From contig CP175956.1 in the NCBI GenBank assembly GCA_046116545.1, forward strand, positions 160,276-224,275: DNA of 64,000 bases, written 5' to 3'. Under the pieces are notes generated by a model that was given only the letters and a program-made list of their open reading frames with translations, was not told the DNA's origin and did not search any database. The DNA comes from Candidatus Moraniibacteriota bacterium (GTDB lineage Bacteria > Patescibacteriota > Minisyncoccia > Moranbacterales > GCA-2747515). Position numbers and translations under genes: made by a program. Shown piece by piece: positions 48,327 to 61,900 of this stretch. Every line of letters begins with the position of its first letter. Positions within the stretch are counted from its first letter, which is position 1.

Positions 48327-49682
48327 TTATTTCATCACAATATCATGTTCACCACGCCGCACATCAAAACGATTTGGTTCATCATCTTGATGCAAGACAA
48401 GTCCATTATCACCAAATAACTTCTTCATACTTTCTATCATCAACAACATTTGCGATACAAGTGTCGGATGCACAAATCTTGTTGAACGTAGTTCTACTAA
48501 ATACACAAGAGCTTTTAAATCACCAATTATTCTACATGGTACTCTATACCCCATTGCAGTATAATATTGAGATTCTTCCTTTGTCAGTTTTAATACATCA
48601 ATATCTTTTTCTTGCTGCAAAATGAATTCATCTGCTTTCTCTCGTAAATCTTTTGGTAATGCCTCTAAATACCACTTTTCAAAGCCATGCTCCCGCGTAA
48701 GGAGTGGCAACCTCTGCACAACAGCTCTATGTCTTTGCAAATCACGAAATGATCCAAAATCAAGTAGCAACTCATATCCTAATACACCACACTCAGCAAT
48801 AGTTGGCGGTAACTCTGTTTTCATTGGCCTATTTTGAATCTGACTTTCATGGTCTTTTAACATGTCACGATCCACATTATCAAAAAGCAATGTGAATTCA
48901 TTAATGTCAGAATTTGTATAATAATATTCATCTTGCATCCATTGTTTATTATAATTCTCCGTATTTTCAAATCGCTCATGACCAAAAGAACTTGAATACA
49001 TTTTTTCAAGAGCTTTTTCAGTTTTTTCTGCAATATCACGAACTTCTTCAAGTGGATGATGACGAAGGAGCATTAGCTCATCTGCAAACTGTCGAAAATT
49101 CATACGCCACGCAACATTAGTTGTTGCTCCAGCTGGCAAAAATGCTCTGGTTATATCAAATGCTCGTGCTGCAATTGCCTTGTCGTAAATCTTTTCTTTT
49201 TCACTATCTTTACACGGAAATTGTTTTTTAAGATGTTCTTGTATTGGCTTTTGTGCCTCCAAATAAAATGTACGCCAATTTTCCATTATTTTATCACCTT
49301 CATCACTCCCAGCAGGATTAAGAAATACTTGATCAGAAAAATCAACATATCTTGTTGATGCCTCTTGTCCAGAATATAACCGCCAATCTTGAATTGCTTT
49401 TGCAGCAAGCATTGAAATTCCTTCAACAAAGACAGTTGTACTTCCACAATCTCCAATTGATTTATGCCCATAGCCAACATAAAATTGCTCCATAAAGTTT
49501 TCAGCACCTCGTTCTTCCAATGTCTTAAGATGGTGATGAATACCCCCAGTTGAACGTGAATGTAATGCCTGCAACATCGCCTCTGCTTGAGCATCTATTT
49601 TTGCTTCATTATTAAGAACAAGTACAAATCCTCCTTTTTGTTCAAGATTTTCAATTGCATGTATTGATTTATCTTCTACCAT
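48327..49682 (-). CDS. thyX: Flavin-dependent thymidylate synthase ThyX-like, double-domain
   Basis: N-domain GHKSIGDCGSTTVFVEGIS...WRLYSGQEASTRY (S-x-RY present, RHR degenerate); C-domain FRDLQRHRAVVQRLP (RHR present, S-x-RY absent); next to tmk. Confidence 0.55.
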   Translation of the reverse strand: MVEDKSIHAIENLEQKGGFVLVLNNEAKIDAQAEAMLQALHSRSTGGIHHHLKTLEERGAENFMEQFYVGYGHKSIGDCGSTTVFVEGISMLAAKAIQDWRLYSGQEASTRYVDFSDQVFLNPAGSDEGDKIMENWRTFYLEAQKPIQEHLKKQFPCKDSEKEKIYDKAIAARAFDITRAFLPAGATTNVAWRMNFRQFADELMLLRHHPLEEVRDIAEKTEKALEKMYSSSFGHERFENTENYNKQWMQDEYYYTNSDINEFTLLFDNVDRDMLKDHESQIQNRPMKTELPPTIAECGVLGYELLLDFGSFRDLQRHRAVVQRLPLLTREHGFEKWYLEALPKDLREKADEFILQQEKDIDVLKLTKEESQYYTAMGYRVPCRIIGDLKALVYLVELRSTRFVHPTLVSQMLLMIESMKKLFGDNGLVLHQDDEPNRFDVRRGEHDIVMK

Positions 49683-49718
49683 ATAATTTTCCTTATATTA
49701 TTTAATATTTTATTAAAT

Positions 49719-50402
49719 TTAACATTTACAACATTCAACTACTTCTTCATGTATATCATCTATTGAACGTAATTCCTCATTTTTAACACATTGTATACGT
49801 ATCCAATTTTTATTCTCTCTAGAAAGCCATAAGGCACTTCTACGTGCATTCTCTAGATAGTCGATGCTTTGTTCAACTAAATCTTTTTTACCCTCTTTCT
49901 GATATTGTTTTTTTTGTTGTGATTGTCTCAATAATCCAATTGATGTTTTAATTGGAACATCTAAATAAATAACTTTATCTGGCTTAGGTAATTTAAAAAC
50001 TCCATATTCCATATTGTCTAACCATTTCAAGAATTCCTTTCGTTTATTTGAATCAAATATTTTTCCTCCTTGGTGAATTTGATTTGCACTTACATATCTA
50101 TCAAGTATAACCACACATCCTTCTTCCATCCATTTCTTCAATTTCTCAGATGATTCAAATCTGTCAGCAGCATAGATAATTGATGTAATATGTGGATCAA
50201 GCGTTAAAAAGTCTCCATAATCACCAGTAATACAACCACCAATAAATTCTCCAAAAAAATTATCTTCATATCTCGGAAAATCCATTGTCCTCACATTAAC
50301 ACCATCTTTTTTTAATTTTTTAACAATCAATTTAGTCTGCGTCGCTTTACCTGAACCATCAGAACCATCTATCACGATTAATCGTCCCTTACGTTTTTTC
50401 AT
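49719..50402 (-). CDS. tmk: Thymidylate kinase
   Basis: LIVIDGSDGSGKATQ is a P-loop; 227 aa. Confidence 0.8.
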   Translation of the reverse strand: MKKRKGRLIVIDGSDGSGKATQTKLIVKKLKKDGVNVRTMDFPRYEDNFFGEFIGGCITGDYGDFLTLDPHITSIIYAADRFESSEKLKKWMEEGCVVILDRYVSANQIHQGGKIFDSNKRKEFLKWLDNMEYGVFKLPKPDKVIYLDVPIKTSIGLLRQSQQKKQYQKEGKKDLVEQSIDYLENARRSALWLSRENKNWIRIQCVKNEELRSIDDIHEEVVECCKC

Positions 50403-50467
50403 CAGTAATTATTTAGACAAATAAAGACGGCTTTTCCAATTTCGAAACCGTCCCCCACTACAAAATA

Positions 50468-51103
50468 TTATAGCATACTACTTTTTATATTTTCAACTAT
50501 TTCTGGAAATTCTTCTTGCAAAAAATGATTTCTATCTTCAAATTCTACAAATACTGCGTTTGGTAATGCAACTTGATACTTTTTACCATCATCAAAACTC
50601 ACAACAAAATCATCTAGTGAATGATAAATATAAATATTATCACACTGATTCTCTACATTTTTCAAAGACTCTTGTAAATCAAAATCACCTTTAGCACCAT
50701 AACAACCAGCTACTAAATGCACTTGATTTATATCCACATCTAACATATTTTCTGCCAAATATTTTGCCAAAAAATTAGCACCTAGTGAATGTCCCACAAG
50801 AATAGCACCATCTACTACATACGGAAGTAATTTTTCAAACCAAATTAACCATTCATTATATTTTGCATTACGAGATGATGGCATTCCTGGTTTTATAACT
50901 TGAAAATTATCCCCAAGACTCTCTTGTAAGCTATCTTTCCATCGTCTTGATGTCACTTTATCAAATTTTTCTTGTGTAAAATCATAATTTTTTAAATACT
51001 CTATGTATTCATCATGTGTATCCCATGCGTCTCCACCATGAATTACTATTACTTGTTTTTTATTTCGTCCACTATAATCTTTGACACGGATTTGATTATT
51101 CAT
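50468..51103 (-). CDS. Alpha/beta serine hydrolase (YdeN/RBBP9-like)
   Basis: VIVIHGGDAW...ILVGHSLGANFLAKYL (GHSLG nucleophile elbow). Confidence 0.7.
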   Translation of the reverse strand: MNNQIRVKDYSGRNKKQVIVIHGGDAWDTHDEYIEYLKNYDFTQEKFDKVTSRRWKDSLQESLGDNFQVIKPGMPSSRNAKYNEWLIWFEKLLPYVVDGAILVGHSLGANFLAKYLAENMLDVDINQVHLVAGCYGAKGDFDLQESLKNVENQCDNIYIYHSLDDFVVSFDDGKKYQVALPNAVFVEFEDRNHFLQEEFPEIVENIKSSML

Positions 51104-51202
51104 AACAATTATTTAAAATATTTTACTTATATCAATTCTATACTAAAAATAAAAAGACACAAAACTTTTGTGTCTTTTTGAAATTGCATTTAAAATCTAT
51201 AA

Positions 51203-52477
51203 TTATATTTGTTCGTAATCACGCATGACTAATTGTGCATCGATTTGCTTCACCATCTCAATAACAACTGAAACAATAATTAATATACTTGCTCCACCTA
51301 CAGTAAACATAGCTGAATTAGTTAAAAATCCTTGTACAATAATTGGCAATACAGCAATAAGTCCTAGAAATAATGAACCTGTTAATGTAATTCTATTAAC
51401 AATTTTACCTAAATAATCAGCAGTTTCTTTTCCTGGTCGCATACCTTCTACATACCCACCTTGTCTTTGTAAATTTTCTGCAATCTTTTCTGGATCAAAT
51501 ACCACTGCTGTATAAAAATATGTAAATGCAACTACAAGTGAGAAATATACTACTCCATAAATCCACTGATTTGCAAAAAGATTTGTAAGTGTAGTTCCAA
51601 ATGATACCAAAGTCTCATTACTCATTTGCATAAGAACACCTCCTACCATACTAGGGAAAAGCACTAAAGAAACAGCAAAGATAATCGGTATAACTCCAGC
51701 TTGATTGACTCTTAATGGTAAATGAGTTTTTACTCCACCATATTGACCTCCACCACGCATTCTCTTTGCATACGAAATAGGAATAATTCGCTTGCCTTCC
51801 GTTATAAATACAACACCTATAACTGTAGCAATCGCTACTGCAACAAATGCAATGTATGTAAATATTTGAGTTGAATCAAATACAGTTTTGAATTGCATAA
51901 TAGTAGTAGGCAAACTAGCCACGATACCTGCAAAAATCATAATGGAAATACCATTCCCAAGCTTTTTTTCTGTAATTAATTCTCCTAACCACATAAGGAA
52001 TATTGTACCTGCAACAGCTGTCATTACCATAATAACAAAATTATACGGTGGTAAATCGCCGATTACACCTTGTGATTTTAATAATGTTATCATTCCAACT
52101 GTTTGCAAGATTGCTAGTGGTACAGTAAGAATTCTCGTTATCATATTAAATTTTTGTCTTCCAGCCTCACCGTCTTCCTTATACATTTGTTCTACACTTG
52201 GAACAATCATTGTAAGTAATTGCATGATAATTGATGCTGTAATGTAAGGACCAACACCTAGTAATACAATTGAAATATTTGACAATCCACCACCAGAAAA
52301 CATATTTAGCATTCCTAATAATTGATTTGATTCAAATAACTCCTGCAATCTATCAACACTTACTCCAGGCAATGGAATATTTGCTGCAAATCGAAAAACA
52401 ACTAAAACGAATAAAATAAATAATATTTTATTACGCAAATCTTTTACTGCGAAAATATTTTTAAACTTACCGAGCAT
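51203..52477 (-). CDS. secY: Protein translocase subunit SecY
   Basis: RNKILFILFVLVVFRFAANIPLPGV...; 10-TM, 424 aa. Confidence 0.92.
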   Translation of the reverse strand: MLGKFKNIFAVKDLRNKILFILFVLVVFRFAANIPLPGVSVDRLQELFESNQLLGMLNMFSGGGLSNISIVLLGVGPYITASIIMQLLTMIVPSVEQMYKEDGEAGRQKFNMITRILTVPLAILQTVGMITLLKSQGVIGDLPPYNFVIMVMTAVAGTIFLMWLGELITEKKLGNGISIMIFAGIVASLPTTIMQFKTVFDSTQIFTYIAFVAVAIATVIGVVFITEGKRIIPISYAKRMRGGGQYGGVKTHLPLRVNQAGVIPIIFAVSLVLFPSMVGGVLMQMSNETLVSFGTTLTNLFANQWIYGVVYFSLVVAFTYFYTAVVFDPEKIAENLQRQGGYVEGMRPGKETADYLGKIVNRITLTGSLFLGLIAVLPIIVQGFLTNSAMFTVGGASILIIVSVVIEMVKQIDAQLVMRDYEQI

Positions 52478-52568
52478 ATATTTTATTTCTACTAAACTAA
52501 ATTAAAATCAAACTTTCTACAACAATACAACATTTATCACTTTTTATCAAGATTGCTCTCGTAATGTT

Positions 52569-53189
52569 CTATATACCTTCCATGAAATCATCATAGATAT
52601 TTTGCAAAATTTCAACTGGAGGCTTACCATCCTTTGCCATCACATTCATCTTAATCTTAATTGATGCTGCCTTCACTTCATCTAATTCATCAAAACTACT
52701 ATTTCCACTCAATGTTTTTTGAAACATAAGCAATGATTCCTTTACATACATTATGAATTTCCTACAATCCTCACACTCAAAACAATCTTCAACTGCTTCA
52801 TACTTTTTCATTAATTCATTTGCGATTTCCTGTATTTTTGAAACATTATTATTAGTTGCCTTGAATTCTTCATAAATACTATTAAATATTTCTTCATCAA
52901 TTCCTGTTGTCTGAGACATGATGTATATTTCACCCTTGATCATTTCATCTTGAGTTCTTTCTACACTCCAGTTTTCTTTTTCAGATCTAGAAAATATGCG
53001 TTCAATAGAACTGAGATATTCTACAAATGCCTCTGTCGCATCATATTCCTCATATTTGCTCTTTAATTTTTCTGCTACAATATTGACTCGCTCCATTGCA
53101 TTTTGATTAGATGCAACTCTTTCATTATACACCTCATCAAAAGTCTTTTCTTTTCTCTCCATGTTATTTTCATCTGTTTTTTGTGTCAT
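52569..53189 (-). CDS. Hypothetical acidic protein with a CFECEDC cluster
   Basis: 206 aa; no domain recognised. Confidence 0.5.
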   Translation of the reverse strand: MTQKTDENNMERKEKTFDEVYNERVASNQNAMERVNIVAEKLKSKYEEYDATEAFVEYLSSIERIFSRSEKENWSVERTQDEMIKGEIYIMSQTTGIDEEIFNSIYEEFKATNNNVSKIQEIANELMKKYEAVEDCFECEDCRKFIMYVKESLLMFQKTLSGNSSFDELDEVKAASIKIKMNVMAKDGKPPVEILQNIYDDFMEGI

Positions 53190-53211
53190 ATTTTTATTCT
53201 ACTAATAAAAA

Positions 53212-55597
<2,386 letters not shown>

Positions 55598-55861
55598 AAA
55601 TTGTATTTTTTTTGTAATGTTCCTCTTTTATAATTATACTCTTTAACCCATATTTTGACAAGGATTTGATTGACTTCTTTATAGAATTACATGTATACTA
55701 TAAGTGAAAAGTCTTCAGAATAGATTGCTGAATAACCCACTTTTGTGGGATCATGAAACCCACCTGGATTTCAGGGAAAGAATTTATTTTTTCCGATATC
55801 TTTTTTAAAGGGATTCATATGCTCTCTTGCATTGAGGACTTTTCATTTACAAAAAATTACA

Positions 55862-55898
55862 CAAATTCAAAAGGCAATCAACATTATATTGATTGCCT
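55862..55898 (-). terminator. Rho-independent terminator within the gene-free region
   Basis: Minus strand: GGCAATCAA-TATAATG-TTGATTGCC followed by TTTTGAATTT. Confidence 0.7.
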
Positions 55899-55941
55899 TT
55901 ATATATCTTGTTCCACGTCTCACGGACGTTTACTTTATTTA

Positions 55942-55992
55942 TCAGTCGCCACCATTACCACTATTCAAAAGAATGAACTCTTTTTTCAACAT
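55942..55992 (-). CDS. 16-codon mini-ORF with strong SD (possible leader peptide or small protein)
   Basis: AAGGAGGA lies 8 nt before the ATG; MLKKEFILLNSGNGGD; followed about 45 nt later by the terminator at 55862..55898. Confidence 0.3.
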   Translation of the reverse strand: MLKKEFILLNSGNGGD

Positions 55993-56403
55993 AATTACAT
56001 CCTCCTTATTGTAGAATCGTTACAATGAAACAGTCAAATATACAATATACCGACTGCGTTAATTACACATATGATACAACATTAATTTAAATAACGCAAC
56101 TCAAACAACAATAAGTCCTCACACATCTAAGCAAAACACACAACTAGTCTTTGCGAACAGAAGTGATGATTGCTGTGTTATGTGAAAGCAATCTCAAAAG
56201 TTTATAAATAATCTGACAGAGGTTGCTTCGTCGTGCCTCCTCCACCCAGGTGGTCCCTCTACTACGCTTTAAATTTAGAATAGTCGCTATACAGCTCCTT
56301 TCTTCATTTATCTTGAACAGAGTTCAATTTATTATGCCCTTGTGGTACACCTTGACGCAATGACACACTTTTATGGAGGCTTGTTTGAGGGTGTGAGGAA
56401 TTA

Positions 56404-56440
56404 CAAACAACAAAAAGATGACTTGTAAAGTCATCTTTTA
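56404..56440 (-). terminator. Rho-independent terminator after dnaJ
   Basis: AAAGATGACTT-GTAA-AGTCATCTTT with a flanking U-tract on the minus strand. Confidence 0.8.
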
Positions 56441-56444
56441 ATAT

Positions 56445-57521
56445 TTATAAATGTTTCAATTGTTCAATTATTTTCTTTTCTGTGCGAGAAAGCTTTGTTG
56501 GCACATCTACAATAATTTCAACTAAATGATCGCCTCTGCCAATTCCTCGTAACTTTGGGATTCCTTTACCTCTTATTTTATAAATTTCACCTGATTGAGT
56601 TCCTGCTGGTACTTTCATTTTCACATCTCCATCAACTGTTTCAATATTTATTTTATCTCCTAGTGATGCTTGAGCAAAATTAATGTGAGTAGTTGTGCGT
56701 ATATTATAACCATCTCGTACAAATCTATTATCATGTCTTACATGCACAGTGATTATAAGATCTCCTGCAGGTGCCCCATTAGCTCCAACCTCACCTCTTC
56801 CTCCGATAGCAATTGATTGCCCATCATTTATCCCAGCTGGTATATCTACACTTTCCTTTACTTCTTCACGATAATGTCCAACACCCTTACACTTAGAACA
56901 TTTTTTATCATAAGTCTTACCTTTTCCCATACAATCATCACAAACAGCTTGTTGTGCTATAGTTCCCAAGATTGTTTGCATTGTTTTTTGGACTTGTCCA
57001 CTTCCACTACATGTTTTACAAGTTTCTTCTTTTGCACCAGGTTCACCACCATTTCCATCACAATGACTACAACTAACTGCTTTATATACAGAAATTTCTT
57101 TTATTGCGCCTTTTATTACTTCTGAAAAATCTATTTCAATATCTACCTGAACATCACGACCTCTTCCTTCACCCTGACCTCCACCAAACATATCACTGAA
57201 CATATCACCCATTCCGCCTCCACCAAAATTAAATTCAAAACCTTGCCCACCGCCAGATTGTTGAAAATCAGAAAAATCAAAACCACCTCCAGCTCCACTG
57301 GGTCCACCACCTTCAAAAGTTTGACCAAATTGATCATACTGTGATCTCTTATTTTTATCAGAAAGTGTTTGATAAGCTTCATTAGCTTCTTTGAATTTTG
57401 CCTCATCACCACCAGCCTTATCTGGATGATGTTTATGAGCCATTTTACGATATGCTTTTTTTATATCAGCATCAGATGCATCCTTTGACACACCAAGTAT
57501 TTCATAAAAATCTTTTGACAT
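56445..57521 (-). CDS. dnaJ: Chaperone DnaJ
   Basis: J-domain DFYEILGV...HPDK; Gly-rich region; four CxxCxGxG zinc fingers. Confidence 0.92.
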   Translation of the reverse strand: MSKDFYEILGVSKDASDADIKKAYRKMAHKHHPDKAGGDEAKFKEANEAYQTLSDKNKRSQYDQFGQTFEGGGPSGAGGGFDFSDFQQSGGGQGFEFNFGGGGMGDMFSDMFGGGQGEGRGRDVQVDIEIDFSEVIKGAIKEISVYKAVSCSHCDGNGGEPGAKEETCKTCSGSGQVQKTMQTILGTIAQQAVCDDCMGKGKTYDKKCSKCKGVGHYREEVKESVDIPAGINDGQSIAIGGRGEVGANGAPAGDLIITVHVRHDNRFVRDGYNIRTTTHINFAQASLGDKINIETVDGDVKMKVPAGTQSGEIYKIRGKGIPKLRGIGRGDHLVEIIVDVPTKLSRTEKKIIEQLKHL

Positions 57522-57622
57522 ATTTTTTATAACTTTAATTAGTAATACTCATATTATCATAGAAAATAAAAATTAGCAATCTACTCCTTAGAGTGCTAAT
57601 TTAATATTTAATATTCCTTATA

Positions 57623-58765
57623 CTACCTCAATACAATGTTTTTATTTACAATTTCATTTCGTACATTAACACTATCTTTAATTTCTTTTTTATCTCCTCC
57701 AACTGGTTGACCGACTACTTTCATATTATAACTTCCATTATCTACAAGCATATAATACCTACCTATTACATCAGTTACCGCAAAAGCTTTTTTTATATGA
57801 TTTTCATCATACAAATTAACAACGGCAAAAGGCACTGGACTTCTACCTTTAGTTTCCACAGTTCCATAGCTTTTTTTCTTTATAAAAAATATAATTATAA
57901 AAAATATTATATTTATTCCAAGTAATATGATATTAAATATTGATGGATAGAAATATGTAATTAATCCAGTTATAATAAATCCTATGAAATATAGTGTTGT
58001 AAATAAGTATTTTTTCACTAATGACCAAGTACCTGAATATTGCTTATTTTTCTCACTAGCATATTCGCTCCAATTTATAGTTATTGATTCCAATGCTATA
58101 TTCACACTTAAGACATCATCACCTCCCACAACAAGATCTTTACCTATATATAATTTTCCATATAAATCATCATTTACTGATTCAGTGAATGTTTGATAAT
58201 CCTTTTTTTCTATACCTAACTTATAGACACCTTCTTTTGCCAAGAAACCAAATCTTCCATCTTTATCTGAATAAGTGGTTTCAAGCTCTTTCATATCAGA
58301 ATCAAATAAAGTAATTTTTACAGCAGGTATTGGAGCTTTTGTTTCAATATCGAAAGTTATACCCCATCTATTTTTATTTTTACGCTTAACTAAAAAACCA
58401 AACATATTCAAAAACATCACATCTTGAACCATTGTTGGAGTTGTCGCAAAAAACGGAATTGCAGTTGAAGCTACTACAAGAGTGGCTCCAGAAACAGTAC
58501 CTACTATACCCGCTAACATAATTTTAGTCCTATTCTCAGTTATTGTGTCAGTAACAGTTGTATCTATTGTTTCTGTTTCAGTTATGATATCTCTCTCTTT
58601 TTCTTCAATTTCCCTAGTCCCCGCTGAAACAACTTCAACCATTTCAGGTCTAAGTCCATCATCTCCAGTATTTGGAATATTTTCTATAATATAATGTTGT
58701 GCAAATACAAAACAAGGAATAGTTAAAAATGTAAATAATATTAAGATTAGACTTTTTTTATTCAT
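57623..58765 (-). CDS. Membrane protein with carboxypeptidase-regulatory-like (Cna B-type) beta-sandwich domains
   Basis: Signal peptide; DKDGRFGFLAKEGVYKLGI and VTDVIGRYYMLVDNGSYNMKVVG motifs; C-terminal TM helices. Confidence 0.6.
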   Translation of the reverse strand: MNKKSLILILFTFLTIPCFVFAQHYIIENIPNTGDDGLRPEMVEVVSAGTREIEEKERDIITETETIDTTVTDTITENRTKIMLAGIVGTVSGATLVVASTAIPFFATTPTMVQDVMFLNMFGFLVKRKNKNRWGITFDIETKAPIPAVKITLFDSDMKELETTYSDKDGRFGFLAKEGVYKLGIEKKDYQTFTESVNDDLYGKLYIGKDLVVGGDDVLSVNIALESITINWSEYASEKNKQYSGTWSLVKKYLFTTLYFIGFIITGLITYFYPSIFNIILLGINIIFFIIIFFIKKKSYGTVETKGRSPVPFAVVNLYDENHIKKAFAVTDVIGRYYMLVDNGSYNMKVVGQPVGGDKKEIKDSVNVRNEIVNKNIVLR

Positions 58766-58944
58766 AGATTTTTGAAAAATTATAATTATTCACTGCTTTA
58801 TCATTTTGGAAAATACTATTTATAGCGAAGTATTTAGTGATGTTCTATGGATAAATTTGTCCAAAATATATTCAAAAAATTAGACAAAGATTTTATATTA
58901 CACAAAAATTCTCACCTACTTCATTTATCATAATACCACAAAAC

Positions 58945-61900
58945 CTATCTCATCTTTATATCGCCTTTTAATTTTATATCTCCTTTCAATTTCACTTGTC
59001 GAGGATCTGATATTGTAGTTACTGTTGTAGTAAAATTTGTTTCATTCCCATATCCTGTTCCTCCACTATTTATTGCTTTTGCTCTTATGAAATATGTTGT
59101 ATTTGGAGATAGTCCTACTAGTACACATGAATAAGTTCCTTCTGAATCAATTCCTGCACTACATTCGTTTGTATATGTTCCACTTATAATTCCCCATTCC
59201 ATAAATCTTTGTGGATTTTCAGATCCATCATCTATCACATTTCCATTTCCTGTTGCTGTTGTTGAATTTATGGATGTTGTATTTTGTGTTGATATAGTTG
59301 GTGCACTCAGCGGACAGTCAAGTCCTGCATCATTTATTGTCCAGCTATATGTTGATATGATATTTGATCGCTCTGTTGCACTATTACAATAATTTGCTGA
59401 TGAATCTAGTTGCACATTATTTTGAAGTGTTTGTGATTCCCATCCTATTAGTGTGGCATCATAGATTGTTGTTGAGAGTCCTGAATTTACAAACATCCCA
59501 AGCATATCAGTAACACTTCCTATTTGCCATGAGCCCATATTTTGATTAAATGCGGATGCACCATAAAACACATATGACATATTTGTAACAGATGATGTAT
59601 CCCATGAACTTAGATTTTGATTAAATGCATCTGTAAAAGAAAATAATTCAGACATATTTATCACACTACCTACATCCCAAGAGCTTATGTCTTGATTAAA
59701 TACGTCTGCATTAGTAAACATCCTATTCATATTTGTTACACTATTTACATCCCAAGAACCTATATTTTGATCAAATGCTCCTGCATTAGAAAACATCTCA
59801 TACATGCTTGTAACATTGCTTATATCCCAAGAACTTATATCTTGATTGAACATATTAGTACCTGTAAATAGTCTATCCATATTTATTACATTACTCGTGT
59901 TCCAAGAGCTTATGTCTTGATTAAATGAATTTGCACCATAAAACATTCCTGATATATCTGTAACATTACTTATATCCCAAGAGCTTATGTCTTGGTTGAA
60001 TGTATTAGTAATTGCAAACATGTGTGACATGTTTATTACTGATGAAGTATCCCATAAACTTATATCTCCATTAAATGCTGGTGTATAGTAAAACATATAT
60101 GACATATTTGTAACAGAGGATGTATTCCAAGAACTTAAATTACCGTTAAACGAAAATGCTTCTCTAAAAGCTTCCCACAATGACGTCACCGAAGATAGAT
60201 CAGGAGTATCTGTAAAAGTACCTATCATATTAATACATCCTAAAAAAGACCTTTCCATCGAAGTCCAAATTCCTATTCCCCATTGATTGATATCTAAAAG
60301 CTTTTCTCTATCTCCTGTGTTATTGAAGTAAATTCTAGGAAATCCAGTTTTTAATCCTGTATTATCTTTTATTCTTATAGTATAAGTTCCTGCAGCTCCA
60401 TAGTTACATGTATAATTTCCTGTTTGAGCTGTTGCGTCATCTGAACCATCATTATCACAATCTATATTATAGTTATAGCCGCCTCCTGTTGTTGGTATAG
60501 TAAATTGTGTATCTGATGAGCTTCCTGTGTTATCTGTTTTTACTGTTATTACAAAATCATTTTCTGGTGGTGTTGAACAATCCAACCCGGCATCGTTTAT
60601 CGTCCAACTATATGTTGATATAATATTAGCTCTTTCTGTTGCACTATTACAATAATTTGCTGATGAACCTAGAGTTACTCCATTTTGTAATACTTGTGAT
60701 TCCCAACCTATTAATGTTGCATCATAATTTGCTGTTGATAAATTTGTCGACAAAAATATATTTGTCATATTTGTTACATTGGCAACATTCCAGGTACTTA
60801 AATCTTGATTAAATGATGTTGAACGAAATACATTACTCATATCCATCACAGATGAAGTATCCCAAGAACTAACATTTCCATCAAATGCAGATACAACAAA
60901 CATGCTATTCATATCTGTTATAGATGAGGTATTCCAAAGACTTAGATTTTGATTAAAATTAGGTGCATTATAAAACATATACCTTGTACTCGTTACACTT
61001 GATGTGTCCCAAGAACTTATATCTCGATTAAATACAGATGTTCCATAAAACATACCACTCATATTTGTTACATTTGATGTGTCCCATGAGTTTACATCCC
61101 CATTAAATACTATTGCATTCCAAAACATAGAATTCATATCCGTTACTAACGACGTATTCCAGGAATCTAAGTCTTGATTAAATACAGAGTTATCAAAAAA
61201 CATATAACTCATATTAGTTACATTTGATGTATCCCATAAACCTATATCTTGATTAAAGATGGATGACATACCCGAAAACATCTGACTCATATTGGTTACA
61301 TTTGATGTGTCCCATGAAGTTATATCTTGATTAAATGAACTAGCATGTCTAAACATAGCCCTCATATCTGTTACTGCTGATATATCCAATGTACTTATAT
61401 CTTGATTAAATAAATCTGTATAGCTAAACATGGAGCTCATATCAGTTACTGCTGCAGTATTCCACGCAATTATATTATAATTAAATGCGTCTGCACCATA
61501 AAACATACTTGCCATATTTGTTACATTTGATGTGTCCCATGAAGTTATATCTTGATTAAATGCGATTGTGTCTGCAAACATGACGGACATATTTGTAACT
61601 GCAGATGTGTCCCAAGAACTTATATCTTGATTGAAAACTGGAGCATATCTAAACATATTATTCATATTGGTTACATTTGATGTGTCCCATGAAGTTATAT
61701 CTTGATTAAATGAAGTAGCTTCATAAAACATGTAACTCATATTTGTTATTGAAGACATATCCCAGTTATTTATATCCTGATTGAAAGAGTCTGTACCTCT
61801 AAACATTTGTGATAAATCCGTCACATTCGAAAGATTAGGTATATCTATAAAATTACCAACCATGTTGTTACACCCTGTAAAAGCTCTAAACATTGATATC

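Noticed and set aside
55753-56028. 91-aa plus-strand ORF in the gene-free region
   Set aside because: No SD and odd composition. It overlaps the minus-strand mini-ORF and terminator, so it is more likely non-coding.
56330-56440. tmRNA-like feature: a plus-strand reading frame (GCA ATG ... GAT GAC TTG TAA) whose stop codon sits in a hairpin loop, as in tmRNA helix 5
   Set aside because: A plus-strand tmRNA here would have to run into the dnaJ coding region. The tag would end in DDL rather than an Ala-Ala type terminus. The hairpin is fully explained as the dnaJ intrinsic terminator.
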